The notes beneath the pieces are model-generated. The model was given only the letters and a program-made list of their open reading frames with translations. It was not told where the DNA came from and made no database searches. Below, piece by piece: positions 37,473 to 47,464 of a stretch of 64,000 nucleotides of DNA. Origin of the DNA: an uncultured Clostridia bacterium (GTDB taxonomy: Bacteria > Bacillota > Clostridia > TANB77 > CAG-508); assembly GCA_944387425.1 (NCBI GenBank), contig CALXEV010000001.1:3258-67257 (forward strand), written 5' to 3'. Within the stretch, counting starts at the first letter, position 1; every line of letters begins with the position of its first letter. Made by a program: the position numbers and the translations under genes.

Positions 37473-38036
37473 ATGAAAATATCAAATATTTTTAAACATA
37501 TAGCATTAGTATTACATCATAAATGGGTAGTATTTAAATTATGTTGTAAGGTTGGAATTCCATGGAGAGGTTTTATGCATGATTGGTCAAAGTTTTCTCC
37601 GACAGAATTTTGGGAAAGTGTAAAATATTATGATGGTCATAAAAGCCCTATAACAGTATGTAAAGCCGACAAAGGATATTCAGAAGCATGGCTACACCAT
37701 AAAGGAAGAAATAAACATCATTATCAATATTGGACTGATTTATCATTACCAGAAAAAACAGTAATAATGCCATATAAATATGCAATTGAAATGGTATGTG
37801 ATGAACTTGCATCAGGAATAGTGTATAACGGAAAAAATTGGACACAAAACACTCAATTAGAATATTACATGAACAAAGAAAGAAAAAATTTAATACATCC
37901 TCAAATAGATAAATTTTTGATGGCAACTTTCACAGAAGTAAGTAAAAATGGAATAAATAAAACATTAACAAATAAAAACATGAAAAAACTTTATGAAAAA
38001 TATTGTATCAGAATGGAGAATTTAGATGAGAATTAG
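37473..38036 (+). CDS. Hypothetical protein, DUF5662-like (His/Trp-rich, HDWSKF motif)
   Basis: GGAGG RBS before ATG 37473 (ORF track start 37434); family assignment from memory only. Confidence 0.45.
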   Translation: MKISNIFKHIALVLHHKWVVFKLCCKVGIPWRGFMHDWSKFSPTEFWESVKYYDGHKSPITVCKADKGYSEAWLHHKGRNKHHYQYWTDLSLPEKTVIMPYKYAIEMVCDELASGIVYNGKNWTQNTQLEYYMNKERKNLIHPQIDKFLMATFTEVSKNGINKTLTNKNMKKLYEKYCIRMENLDEN

Positions 38037-38697
38037 ATTTAAACCTTGGGCGAGACCAGAATTAGAAGCAAGCAAATTTTATCGAGATGAACCTGAGAAA
38101 TTAAAAAACAAATGGATTGAAGAATTCGAAAATAAAGAAAATCCAATACATCTTGAGCTAGGATGTGGCAAAGGACAATTTATATCTAAGCTTGCAGTAG
38201 AAAATTTCCAAATAAATTATATTGCAATTGATTTGGTAGATGCAATGCTAGGACTTGCAAAAAGAAATGTTGAACAAACATATAATGAACAAAACAAAGA
38301 AATTAACAATATTCTATTAACAAGATTTGATATTGAAAGAATTATGCTAATTTTAGGTGAACAAGATAATATTAAAAGAATATATATAAATTTTTGTAAC
38401 CCATGGCCAAAAGGAAAACATAGAAAGAAAAGACTAACACATACAAGACAACTAGAAAAATATAAGACATTTTTAGCACCAAATGGTGAAATTTATTTTA
38501 AAACAGATGATGATGACTTGTTTAACAGTAGTTTGGGTTATTTTGAAGAAGCTGGTTTTGAAGTAACCAAAAAAACATATGATTTACATGCCGAACCTAT
38601 ATGGAAAAATAATATTGAAACTGAGCATGAAAAAATGTTTTCTGAACAAGGAATAAAAATTAAAGCATTAATTGCAAGATTAAAAAAAGAGGAATGA
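38026..38697 (+). CDS. trmB: tRNA (guanine-N7)-methyltransferase TrmB
   Basis: LELGCGKGQF SAM-binding motif; about 220 aa. Confidence 0.85.
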   Translation: MRIRFKPWARPELEASKFYRDEPEKLKNKWIEEFENKENPIHLELGCGKGQFISKLAVENFQINYIAIDLVDAMLGLAKRNVEQTYNEQNKEINNILLTRFDIERIMLILGEQDNIKRIYINFCNPWPKGKHRKKRLTHTRQLEKYKTFLAPNGEIYFKTDDDDLFNSSLGYFEEAGFEVTKKTYDLHAEPIWKNNIETEHEKMFSEQGIKIKALIARLKKEE

Positions 38698-38756
38698 CAA
38701 TTGGTGCCGGTTCTTTTTTGTCATTTTGGCAAAAGAGAACCGGCACCAATTGTCAC
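38696..38756. repeat. Intergenic repeat (locus C): two AGAACCGGCACCAATTGTCA units in inverted orientation forming a long hairpin right after trmB
   Basis: tgacaattggtgccggttctttttt...aaaagagaaccggcaccaattgtca. Confidence 0.7.
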
Positions 38757-38797
38757 AAAAACTCCTAGTTAGAATATAATTAACTAGGAGTGATTTT

Positions 38798-39244
38798 ATG
38801 GCATATTCAGATAGAGAATTATTAGCAAGAATAGTACAATGTGAAGCTGGTGGAGAAGGAGATAATGGAATGAAAGCAGTTGCAACAGTAACAATGAATA
38901 GAGTATATGCTTCAGATGGAGAATATGCAAGAGTATCACAAGGAGGAAATATCAGAAACATAATATTTCAAGAAGGTCAATATGATTGTGCAAGAGAAAC
39001 AATAAGAGGAGCATATAATCCACAAAACATATATAATATGACGCCAACAGAAGTACATTATCAAATTGCAGACTGGGCACTTTCTGGAAATAGGTTGAAT
39101 GAAATAGGGGAATGTTTATGGTACTTAAATCCATTTAGACCAACATGTTCATCAACATTTCCATCAAATGGTTCAGGAACATTTCATACAAGATATGGAG
39201 AACATTGTTTTTATAGACCTACAGAATTATATTCTCAAACCTAA
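38798..39244 (+). CDS. cwlJ: CwlJ/SleB-family cell wall hydrolase (spore cortex-lytic, Hydrolase_2 domain); elevated GC
   Basis: LLARIVQCEAGGEGDNGMKAVATVTMNRV and C-terminal HCFYRPT motifs parallel B. subtilis CwlJ; about 148 aa. Confidence 0.65.
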   Translation: MAYSDRELLARIVQCEAGGEGDNGMKAVATVTMNRVYASDGEYARVSQGGNIRNIIFQEGQYDCARETIRGAYNPQNIYNMTPTEVHYQIADWALSGNRLNEIGECLWYLNPFRPTCSSTFPSNGSGTFHTRYGEHCFYRPTELYSQT

Positions 39245-39304
39245 ACTTGAAATTATATGTTCAATTTCCAAACAAAAACTTTTCAAGAAAAGGAGTGACG
39301 CCTA

Positions 39305-39643
39305 ATGGCAAATAATTCAGAGGAAAAACAAGAAAAGACAGAAAACAGACAAGTGCAAATTAATCAAAATTCACCAGAGATAATGACAAATCTAATTTAT
39401 ACACCTGCATTTCTACGAGAGCAAATAGGTAGACTAATGAGAGTTGAATTTTTAATTGGAACAAACAACTTAGTTGATAGAATTGGTATTTTAGAAGATG
39501 TTGGAGCAAGTTACATATTACTTAGATCATTTGAAAATGATAGTTTGGTTTATTGCGATATATATTCAATAAAATTTATTACTATTTCAACAACAGGTTT
39601 TTATCGGAAATATGATGAACAATATGAACACAAATATGAATAA
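39305..39643 (+). CDS. gerQ: GerQ-like spore coat protein (CwlJ partner)
   Basis: C-terminal region resembles the GerQ domain as recalled from memory (GILEDVGASYILLR...LVYCDIYSIKFITI); sits immediately downstream of the cwlJ-like gene as in the Bacillus cwlJ-gerQ operon. Confidence 0.4.
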   Translation: MANNSEEKQEKTENRQVQINQNSPEIMTNLIYTPAFLREQIGRLMRVEFLIGTNNLVDRIGILEDVGASYILLRSFENDSLVYCDIYSIKFITISTTGFYRKYDEQYEHKYE

Positions 39644-39705
39644 CAATATGTTAAATAATAATATGAATTATAATAATAGATTATATTATTAATTATATAA
39701 GATGA

Positions 39706-39778
39706 AATATTAATATTTTTTGAACAAAATCATAGCTGGGGGCTTCCTATAAGCTTTGTTCTTAAAATATTAATATTT
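39706..39778. repeat. Palindromic hairpin module, copy 2: AAATATTAATATTTTT / GAACAAA...TTTGTTC stem-loop / AAAATATTAATATTT
   Basis: Paralogous to 26796-26865 with a covarying stem. Confidence 0.6.
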
Positions 39779-39800
39779 CATTTTTTTTAAAATTAAGTTT

Positions 39801-39910
39801 TGGCAAAAGAGAACCGGCACCAAATGTCATTTTGACAAAAGAGACCCGGTCCCAATTGGCACGTGCCAAAAAAGACCCGGTCCCAATTGACCAATTGAAA
39901 TGTCAAAATC
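39801..39910. repeat. Intergenic repeat cluster (locus D): one AGAACCGGCACCAAATGTCA unit and two GACCCGGTCCCAATTG units with a TTGGCACGTGCCAA palindrome
   Basis: Direct comparison with loci A-C; located upstream of pta. Confidence 0.7.
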
Positions 39911-39973
39911 TCTTGTTTTTTCTAACCCATTGTGATATATTAAAAAAAGAAAAAATGATAGGGAGGAAAAAAG

Positions 39974-40972
39974 ATGTCATTTATAGAAGAAATAAAACAA
40001 AGAGCCAAAACTCAAATTAAGACAATTGTATTACCAGAAGCAACAGATATTAGAATTTTAAAGGCTGCAGAAACAGTAAAACAAGAAGGATATGCCAAAA
40101 TAATTCTAATAGGAGACGAAGAACAAGTCAGAAAAATTGCAAAACAAAATACAATAGATATAGAAGGCATAGAAATAATTGACCCTCTAAAATCAGAAAG
40201 AACACAAGAATATGCTCAAAAATTATTTGAACTAAGAAAAGCAAAAGGAATGACAGAAGAACAAGCACAAAAATTAGTTCTAGACCCAGTATATTTTGGA
40301 ATGATGATGGTAAAAAATGAAGATGCAGACGGACTAGTATCAGGAGCATGTCATTCAACATCAGATACATTAAGACCAGCATTACAAATATTAAAAACAG
40401 CTCCAAACACAAAATTAGTATCAGCATTTTTTGTGATAGTAGTTCCAAACTGTGAATATGGTTCAAATGGTACATTTATATTTGCAGATAGTGGATTAAA
40501 TGAAGAACCAAATTCAGATGCATTATCAGAAATTGCAATTTCATCAAGTAAAAGTTTTGAACAATTAGTTGGAGAAAAAGCAAAAGTTGCAATGTTATCA
40601 TATTCAACATATGGTAGCGCTCATTCAGCTTCAACTGAAAAAGTAATAGAAGCAACAAAACTTGTAAGAGAAAAAGCTCCAGAAATTTTAGTAGATGGAG
40701 AATTACAATTAGATGCTGCAATAATTCCAGAAGTTGCAGAATTTAAAGCAAAAGGAAGTCCATTAAAAGGAGAAGCAAATGTACTTGTATTTCCTGATTT
40801 AGGTGCAGGAAATATTGGATATAAATTAGCACAAAGATTAGCAAAAGCAGAGGCATATGGACCTTTATGCCAAGGAATTGCAAAACCCGTAAATGACTTA
40901 TCAAGAGGATGTAGTGCAAGTGATGTAGCAGGAGTAATTGCAATTACTGCAGTCCAAGCTCAAAATATTTAA
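39974..40972 (+). CDS. pta: Phosphate acetyltransferase
   Basis: 332-aa PTA_PTB family protein; GGGAGG RBS; followed by acetate kinase genes. Confidence 0.9.
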   Translation: MSFIEEIKQRAKTQIKTIVLPEATDIRILKAAETVKQEGYAKIILIGDEEQVRKIAKQNTIDIEGIEIIDPLKSERTQEYAQKLFELRKAKGMTEEQAQKLVLDPVYFGMMMVKNEDADGLVSGACHSTSDTLRPALQILKTAPNTKLVSAFFVIVVPNCEYGSNGTFIFADSGLNEEPNSDALSEIAISSSKSFEQLVGEKAKVAMLSYSTYGSAHSASTEKVIEATKLVREKAPEILVDGELQLDAAIIPEVAEFKAKGSPLKGEANVLVFPDLGAGNIGYKLAQRLAKAEAYGPLCQGIAKPVNDLSRGCSASDVAGVIAITAVQAQNI

Positions 40973-40987
40973 AGAAAGGAATAGTCT

Positions 40988-42181
40988 ATGAAAATATTAG
41001 TTTTAAATTCAGGAAGTTCATCATTAAAATATCAAGTAATAGATACTGATACAGAAGAAATGCTTGTAAAAGGTTATTATGAAAGAATTGGCCAACCTAA
41101 TGCATTTTTAACACATAAAGTAAAAGGAGAAAAACATAAATTTGAACATCCTGTAAAAAACCATGAAAAAGCAATCCAATTTGTAATGGAAAGACTAACA
41201 AGTGAAGCATATGGAATATTTAAAAGCTTAGACGAGCTAGATGCAATTGGACATAGAGTTGTTCATGGAGGAGAAAAATTTAAAAAATCTGTACTAATAA
41301 CAGATGAGGTTATTCAAGGTATAAAAGATAATGCTGTTTTAGCACCATTACATAATCCTGCTGCAATATTAGGAATAGAAGCTTGTCAAAAAGTAATCCC
41401 AGGAAAACCAATGGTAGCAGTATTTGATACAGCATTTCATCAGACAATATCAAAAGACAAATATGTATATCCAATACCATATGAATATTATGAAAAATAT
41501 GGAATAAGAAAATATGGATTTCATGGAACATCACATCAATATGTGGCAAATAGAGTAGCTGAATTATTAGAAAAAGATATAAAAGATTTAAAAATTGTAA
41601 ATTGTCATCTTGGTCAAGGAGCAAGTATATGTGCAATAAAAAATGGTGAATCAGTTGAAACAAGTATGGGATTAACACCACTTGGAGGAATTCCAATGGG
41701 AACTCGTTCAGGAGATTTAGATCCATCTGTTGTAACATATATCATGAAAAAAGAAAATTTAGATGCAAATGAGATGGAAAATATACTAAATAAAGAATCA
41801 GGTGTTTATGGAATTTCTAATGTATCTATAGACTTTAGAGATATTGAGGCAGAAGCATTAGCTGGAGGAAAACATGCAAGAATTGCTTTAGATGTATATC
41901 ATTATAGTATTGCAGGTTATATTGCCAAATGTGCAGTTGCAATGGGAGGAATTGATGTACTTACATTTACTGCTGGAGTTGGCGAAAAATCACCATATTC
42001 TAGAGGAGAAATATGCAAGAGATTAAATTGCTTGGGTGTTGAAATAAAAGGAAAACTAAATAATGTAAAAGGAGAAGAGGTAGAAATTTCAGCACCAGAA
42101 TCAAAAGTAAAAGTATTTATAATTCCAACTAATGAGGAATTAATGATTGCAAGAGAAACTGAAAAAGTAATTAATGCATAA
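40988..42181 (+). CDS. ackA: Acetate kinase (copy 1)
   Basis: N-terminal KILVLNSGSSSLKYQ motif, about 397 aa. Confidence 0.9.
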   Translation: MKILVLNSGSSSLKYQVIDTDTEEMLVKGYYERIGQPNAFLTHKVKGEKHKFEHPVKNHEKAIQFVMERLTSEAYGIFKSLDELDAIGHRVVHGGEKFKKSVLITDEVIQGIKDNAVLAPLHNPAAILGIEACQKVIPGKPMVAVFDTAFHQTISKDKYVYPIPYEYYEKYGIRKYGFHGTSHQYVANRVAELLEKDIKDLKIVNCHLGQGASICAIKNGESVETSMGLTPLGGIPMGTRSGDLDPSVVTYIMKKENLDANEMENILNKESGVYGISNVSIDFRDIEAEALAGGKHARIALDVYHYSIAGYIAKCAVAMGGIDVLTFTAGVGEKSPYSRGEICKRLNCLGVEIKGKLNNVKGEEVEISAPESKVKVFIIPTNEELMIARETEKVINA

Positions 42182-42199
42182 AAGAAAGGAAAGAGAAAA

Positions 42200-43393
42200 A
42201 TGAAAATATTAGTATTAAATTGTGGTAGTTCATCACTAAAATATCAATTAATAAATATGGAAAATGAAGAAGTTGTTGCTTCTGGAAAATATGAAAGAAT
42301 TGGAGAAGATGAGGCTTTTATTACACATAAAGTAAACGGAAAGAAAGTTGAAATAAAACATCCAGCCAAAACACATGATGAAGCCATAGACTTTACATTA
42401 AAACAATTAACAAATCCTGAATATAAAGTAATAGATAGTTTGGATGAAATATCAGCAATAGGTCATAGGTTAGTGCATGGAGGAGAAAAAATAAATCAAT
42501 CAGTAATAATAACAGATGAGGTTGTAGACATATTAAAAGAATGTATTGACTTAGCACCATTACATAACCCAGCAGGAATTATGGGAATAGAAGCTTGTAA
42601 AAAAGTTATGCCAGGAAAGCCAATGGTAGGTGTATTTGATACAGCATTTCATCAAACTATGCCAGAAGAAAGATATATATATCCAATACCATATGAATAT
42701 TATAAAAAATATCATATAAGAAAATATGGATTTCATGGAACATCACATATGTATGTATCACAAAGACTTGCAGAAATAGTTAAAAAAGATATTAAATGCT
42801 TGAAAATAGTTACATGCCATTTAGGACAAGGTTCAAGTATATGTGCTGTTGAAGGTGGAAAATCAGTTGATACAAGTATGGGCTTAACGCCACTTGGAGG
42901 AATTCCAATGGTAACACGTTCAGGAGATTTAGACCCATCTGTAGTAACATTTTTAATGAAAAAAGAAAATATGACAGCAGATGAAGTTGAAAATGTTTTA
43001 AACAAAAAATCAGGAGTACAAGGAATTTCTGGACTAGCTCCAGACTTTAGAGAAATTGAATCAGCATCATATGGAGAAAATGAAAGAGCTGGGATAGCAA
43101 TTGAAAAATTCAAATACGAAATCGCTTCATATATTGCAAAATATGCTGTAGCAATGAACGGAGTTGACTATATAGTATTTACAGGTGGAGTTGGAGAAAA
43201 TCAAATAAATATTAGAAAAGGAATATGTGAAAAATTAGCGTTTATGGGAGTTGAAATAGACGAAAATGCTAATAATATGAGAGGAGAAGAAAAAGAGATT
43301 TCAAAACCAACTTCAAAAATAAAAGTTTATGTAGTTCCAACAAATGAAGAACTTATGATTGCTAAAGAAACACAAAGATTAGTTAATAACTAA
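42200..43393 (+). CDS. Acetate/propionate-kinase-family paralog (copy 2), about 60% identical to copy 1
   Basis: KILVLNCGSSSLKYQ; collinear with copy 1 over the full length. Confidence 0.85.
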   Translation: MKILVLNCGSSSLKYQLINMENEEVVASGKYERIGEDEAFITHKVNGKKVEIKHPAKTHDEAIDFTLKQLTNPEYKVIDSLDEISAIGHRLVHGGEKINQSVIITDEVVDILKECIDLAPLHNPAGIMGIEACKKVMPGKPMVGVFDTAFHQTMPEERYIYPIPYEYYKKYHIRKYGFHGTSHMYVSQRLAEIVKKDIKCLKIVTCHLGQGSSICAVEGGKSVDTSMGLTPLGGIPMVTRSGDLDPSVVTFLMKKENMTADEVENVLNKKSGVQGISGLAPDFREIESASYGENERAGIAIEKFKYEIASYIAKYAVAMNGVDYIVFTGGVGENQINIRKGICEKLAFMGVEIDENANNMRGEEKEISKPTSKIKVYVVPTNEELMIAKETQRLVNN

Positions 43394-43418
43394 AAGTTTA
43401 TTAAAAGAGAGGTAGAAA

Positions 43419-44546
43419 ATGAACAATACAGAAGAAATACAAAACAAAAAAATAAATGCAAGATTATATCCAATATATAAGATGTTGTCATGGGATTTAT
43501 TGTTTTATTATTCAATTATCTTTTTGTATTTGGTGCAAGCTAAAAACTTTTCTGCCTCTCAAGTTATGCTTGGAGAAGCTTTTTTTACAGCTTCTTGTTT
43601 TGCTTTACAAATTCCAATTGGTTTGCTAGTTGATAAAATTGGAAAGAAAAGAAGTTTAGTAATAGCAAATATATGTATGTGTTTATTTTCTTTTATTTTA
43701 TTAATTATACAAAATTTTAATCAATTATTAATAGGATATTTTATAGACGCAATAGGATATGTTTTGAAAACAGTTTGTGAAACTAATATTCTATATGATT
43801 CGTTACCTATTGGAAAAAAGAGAGGAAATTTATATTCTGAAATAGATGGAATAGGGGCATCAAGATATTATGTGGTTGATGCTATAACATCATTAATAGC
43901 AGGATATGCATTTGTACTAAATCCATATTTACCAATAATATTTTGCTTGTTGTTATATTTTGGACTTGTTTCTGGTTTAATATATAATTTAACTACATTT
44001 AGAAGTAGTGTATTAGAAGGAATATCTATTCCTGAGCATTATTTTGGAATAATATTTGCTATATCACAAATAGTGGCAGCAATATGTGCAAAAGCACAGA
44101 TTTTTATTCACAAAAGATTTAGAAATAAAACATTAGCTGTTTTAGGAATACCTCTAACAATATCATGCATTATTATAGGATTTCTTGCAATGATTGGAAC
44201 AAGTACAACTTTTAAAGTAATTATTGTTTTATTGTTTGTTTTTCAAGGTGCTATAAAGGGTGCATATAATGTACTTATTTACAGATACTTAAATAATTTT
44301 ACTAATAGAAAAATCAGAACAAAATTAGCAACAATACGAAATATGTTTTATAATATCTCATCAATATTAATAAGCTTGTTTGGAGCAATGTTATTAAATT
44401 ATACAGATTCTGCAAACACAATAATTATAGTTGGTTGTATGATGACAATCTTAATTATATTATTATTAGATTATATGAGAGGAAAGGTCGGTCTTAAGCC
44501 AGAACAATACAAAAAAGAAGATTTGAAATATATGCCCCAAAAATAA
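43419..44546 (+). CDS. MFS-type transporter
   Basis: About 12 predicted TM segments, 375 aa. Confidence 0.6.
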   Translation: MNNTEEIQNKKINARLYPIYKMLSWDLLFYYSIIFLYLVQAKNFSASQVMLGEAFFTASCFALQIPIGLLVDKIGKKRSLVIANICMCLFSFILLIIQNFNQLLIGYFIDAIGYVLKTVCETNILYDSLPIGKKRGNLYSEIDGIGASRYYVVDAITSLIAGYAFVLNPYLPIIFCLLLYFGLVSGLIYNLTTFRSSVLEGISIPEHYFGIIFAISQIVAAICAKAQIFIHKRFRNKTLAVLGIPLTISCIIIGFLAMIGTSTTFKVIIVLLFVFQGAIKGAYNVLIYRYLNNFTNRKIRTKLATIRNMFYNISSILISLFGAMLLNYTDSANTIIIVGCMMTILIILLLDYMRGKVGLKPEQYKKEDLKYMPQK

Positions 44547-44628
44547 ACTTTACGTAATTTGAAAAATTATGTAAAATGTGGTATAATAATAGTTACAAAT
44601 ATTTTTTTAAAAGGAGTGTGTTTTTCGC

Positions 44629-45393
44629 ATGAAGAACCGGTCTAACAAATTCGTGATGTTTACTATTTTGGTCGGAATTGCTTTTTCAATTGTGTTGTTT
44701 CAGCCATATATGGCACAAGCAGTGCAAGTAAGAGAAAACAATTTGATTGAAATTGAAGAACAAGCATCCGAACCGACACCAACTGCTACTCAGACCCCTG
44801 AGCAAGCACCAACGCCCGAAACTACACCTTCTGCTACACCTGAGCCTACGCCTGTTCCAACACCTGTTGTTACCCCTACCCCTGAACCTACTGCAGAACC
44901 TGCTATGTACGAATTTGAAGGCTACGAGATTAGCCAAGATGAATTCGAATACTTCTGCATGGGTGTCTATGCAGAGGCAGGCAACCAAGACTATGAAGGC
45001 CAGGTTTCTACGGCAGCTGTTATTCTTAACAGATTGATTGACACTGGTGACTTCAAAAATGTTAATAACATTTATGAGGTCTTGGGCAACGGATTTTCTT
45101 CTGTAATAAATGGAAAAGTCACAATTTGTGGCGCTCCTATTACATTCCAAGATGTCTCAGAAGAGACTATCGAAGCAGTAAAATCTGCTATTAATGGAGA
45201 AGACCCGACCGAAGGACGGCTGTGGGAGATTGCTGAGGCAACAGGCAACGACCCTGAAGAGTACGCATCTGGAGGTGCACTGTATTTTTACAACCCGGAT
45301 AGGACATCTCCGGAACAGTTGGCGTACAGAGCTAACATCAAAGTACGGTATCAACTTCAGAACCACATTTTCTATAAAGTGTGGGATTTGTGA
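44629..45393 (+). CDS. Secreted cell wall hydrolase: signal peptide, Pro/Thr-rich linker and SleB-type Hydrolase_2 domain; high-GC island
   Basis: PTPTATQTPEQAPTPETTP linker; GVYAEAGNQDYEGQVSTAAVILNRL catalytic-domain motif; GC about 45%; extended -10 promoter TGTGGTATAAT upstream. Confidence 0.75.
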   Translation: MKNRSNKFVMFTILVGIAFSIVLFQPYMAQAVQVRENNLIEIEEQASEPTPTATQTPEQAPTPETTPSATPEPTPVPTPVVTPTPEPTAEPAMYEFEGYEISQDEFEYFCMGVYAEAGNQDYEGQVSTAAVILNRLIDTGDFKNVNNIYEVLGNGFSSVINGKVTICGAPITFQDVSEETIEAVKSAINGEDPTEGRLWEIAEATGNDPEEYASGGALYFYNPDRTSPEQLAYRANIKVRYQLQNHIFYKVWDL

Positions 45394-45402
45394 CACTCTG
45401 AA

Positions 45403-45438
45403 AAGTGACCTTGCAATTGCAAGGTCATTTTCTTTTTA
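45403..45438 (+). terminator. Rho-independent terminator after the hydrolase gene
   Basis: TGACCTTGCAA-TTGCAAGGTCA hairpin followed by TTTTCTTTTT. Confidence 0.65.
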
Positions 45439-45492
45439 ATTCCTTGATTTTAAATATAATAAATGTTAGAATATAGCTATGGAGGAAGAAAT

Positions 45493-46311
45493 ATGTCAAA
45501 ACAAATTCAAAAAATAAAAGATTTATATAAAGAAAACAAAAAATCCAGTTTAGCATGGTATCTGGCATTAAGAGGAATAGTAATAATAATAATGATTTTA
45601 AGATTTTTAGATGGAGATTTTTCGAGTGTATTTTTATGTTTATTGACACTAATATTATTTTTAATTCCTTTTTGGATTAACCAAAAATTAAAAATTGAAA
45701 TACCGAATTTACTTGAAATTATAATATTATTATTTATATTCTCAGCTGAAATTCTAGGAGAGATACAAAATTTTTATGGAATATTTAAACACTGGGATAC
45801 AATATTACATACATTAAATGGATTCTTATGTGCCGCAATAGGATTTTCTTTAATAGATATATTAAATAATTCTGAAAGATTTCATATTAAATTATCACCA
45901 GTATTTGTTGCTTTAGTGACATTTTGCTTTTCTATGACAATAGGAGTGTTATGGGAATTCTTTGAATATGGGGCTGATCAATTCTTAAATTATGATATGC
46001 AAAAAGATACAATAGTGCAAGACATATCAACAGTTACACTTGACCCAGAAGGAAAAAATAGAGTTGTTACAATAGATGATATAAATAAAACAACGATATA
46101 CAGCACTACACCAGATGGACAACCAAAAGAAACTAGTATCTCAGGAGGATATTTAGATATAGGACTTAAAGATACAATGGGAGATTTAATAGTAAACTTT
46201 ATAGGTGCAATAGTATTTTCAGCCATAGGTTTCTTCTATATTCAAAATAGAGATAAATATAAATTCGCAGAAAACTTTATTCCTGTAAAAAGGTTTTCTG
46301 AAAAGGAGTAA
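45493..46311 (+). CDS. Hypothetical polytopic membrane protein
   Basis: GGAGG RBS before ATG 45493 (ORF track start 45463); multiple TM helices. Confidence 0.5.
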   Translation: MSKQIQKIKDLYKENKKSSLAWYLALRGIVIIIMILRFLDGDFSSVFLCLLTLILFLIPFWINQKLKIEIPNLLEIIILLFIFSAEILGEIQNFYGIFKHWDTILHTLNGFLCAAIGFSLIDILNNSERFHIKLSPVFVALVTFCFSMTIGVLWEFFEYGADQFLNYDMQKDTIVQDISTVTLDPEGKNRVVTIDDINKTTIYSTTPDGQPKETSISGGYLDIGLKDTMGDLIVNFIGAIVFSAIGFFYIQNRDKYKFAENFIPVKRFSEKE

Positions 46312-46313
46312 AT

Positions 46314-46691
46314 ATGAACCCAAAACAAGAATGTAAAAAATTAATAAATAGTTTTAAGTATGCATTACAAGGATTTGCATCATCTTTTAGAACAGAAAGA
46401 AATATGAAAATTCATGTAGTAGCAACAATCTTAGTAATAATATTAGGAATATATTTAAAACTTAATTTAATAGAATGGAGTATAATAACTATAGCCATTG
46501 TAATAGTAATATCTGCAGAACTATTTAATACTGCGATTGAAACAATAGTTGATATGGTTAGTCCACAAAAAAATGAAAAAGCAAAACTTGCTAAAGATAT
46601 ATCAGCTGGAGCAGTTTTAATTTTAGCAATTGGTTCTGCAATTGTAGGATTTATAATTTTTCTACCTAAAATTATTGCGATTTTTAGTTAA
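46314..46691 (+). CDS. dgkA: Diacylglycerol kinase / undecaprenol kinase family (DgkA)
   Basis: About 125 aa, three TM helices, conserved ISAELFNTAIE motif. Confidence 0.75.
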   Translation: MNPKQECKKLINSFKYALQGFASSFRTERNMKIHVVATILVIILGIYLKLNLIEWSIITIAIVIVISAELFNTAIETIVDMVSPQKNEKAKLAKDISAGAVLILAIGSAIVGFIIFLPKIIAIFS

Positions 46692-46759
46692 AAGTTATTA
46701 TTTTTCAAAGTCACTTTATAGTCATACTAATAAAATATAATTAAATAAAGGTGATGGTT

Positions 46760-47464
46760 ATGAAAATTTTAAAAAGAATAATTATATGTATAATATTAAT
46801 CATTTTATTTGCAGTAGGAATTGTAACATATAAAGGATATACAATTTATAAACAAGCACTAAATGAAATTAGTGTAAAAGATAAAGTTGCAGAAATACAA
46901 TCACAAGAAAATTATACCAAAATTGAAGATTTACCAGAATTTTATTTAAACGCTGTAATTGCAGTCGAAGACCACAGATTCTATGACCATGGTGCAATTG
47001 ATATTATTTCTATAGGAAGAGCAGTTTGGACAAATATTAAAAGTTTTGAACTAAGAGAAGGTGGAAGCACAATAACACAACAATTAGCCAAAAACATATA
47101 TTTTACCCAGGAAAAAACTGCATTAAGAAAAATTGCAGAAATTTTTATGGCATTTGAAATAGAAAAAAATTGTGATAAAGATGAAATTTTAGAACTATAT
47201 GTTAATACAAGTTACTTTGGAGATGGATATTACTGTGTCAAAGAGGCCGCAAATGGATATTTTGACAAAGAACCTATTGATATGACTGAATACGAAAGTA
47301 GTATGCTTGCAGGTATTCCTAACGCACCATCAGTATATGCACCTACCAAAAATCCAGACTTAGCAAAACAAAGACAAAATCAAGTTTTAGATAGAATGGT
47401 TAAATATGAATATATAACAGAAGAAGAAAAACAAAACATATTAAAAACTGAAGAACAAAAATAA
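46760..47464 (+). CDS. mtgA: Monofunctional peptidoglycan glycosyltransferase (GT51, MtgA-like)
   Basis: EDHRFYDHGAID and GGSTITQQLAKN transglycosylase motifs; N-terminal TM anchor. Confidence 0.8.
   Translation: MKILKRIIICIILIILFAVGIVTYKGYTIYKQALNEISVKDKVAEIQSQENYTKIEDLPEFYLNAVIAVEDHRFYDHGAIDIISIGRAVWTNIKSFELREGGSTITQQLAKNIYFTQEKTALRKIAEIFMAFEIEKNCDKDEILELYVNTSYFGDGYYCVKEAANGYFDKEPIDMTEYESSMLAGIPNAPSVYAPTKNPDLAKQRQNQVLDRMVKYEYITEEEKQNILKTEEQK

Noticed and set aside
39832-40020. 62-aa + strand ORF spanning the repeat cluster and the pta start
   Set aside because: It begins inside the intergenic repeat cluster, overlaps the true pta start in another frame, and has no RBS.
44686-45150. 154-aa - strand ORF and 96-aa + strand ORF (44747-45037) inside the secreted hydrolase gene
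   Set aside because: These are alternative-frame or antisense artefacts of the high-GC island. Their translations are Arg/Cys-rich nonsense and they lie fully inside a domain-bearing CDS.
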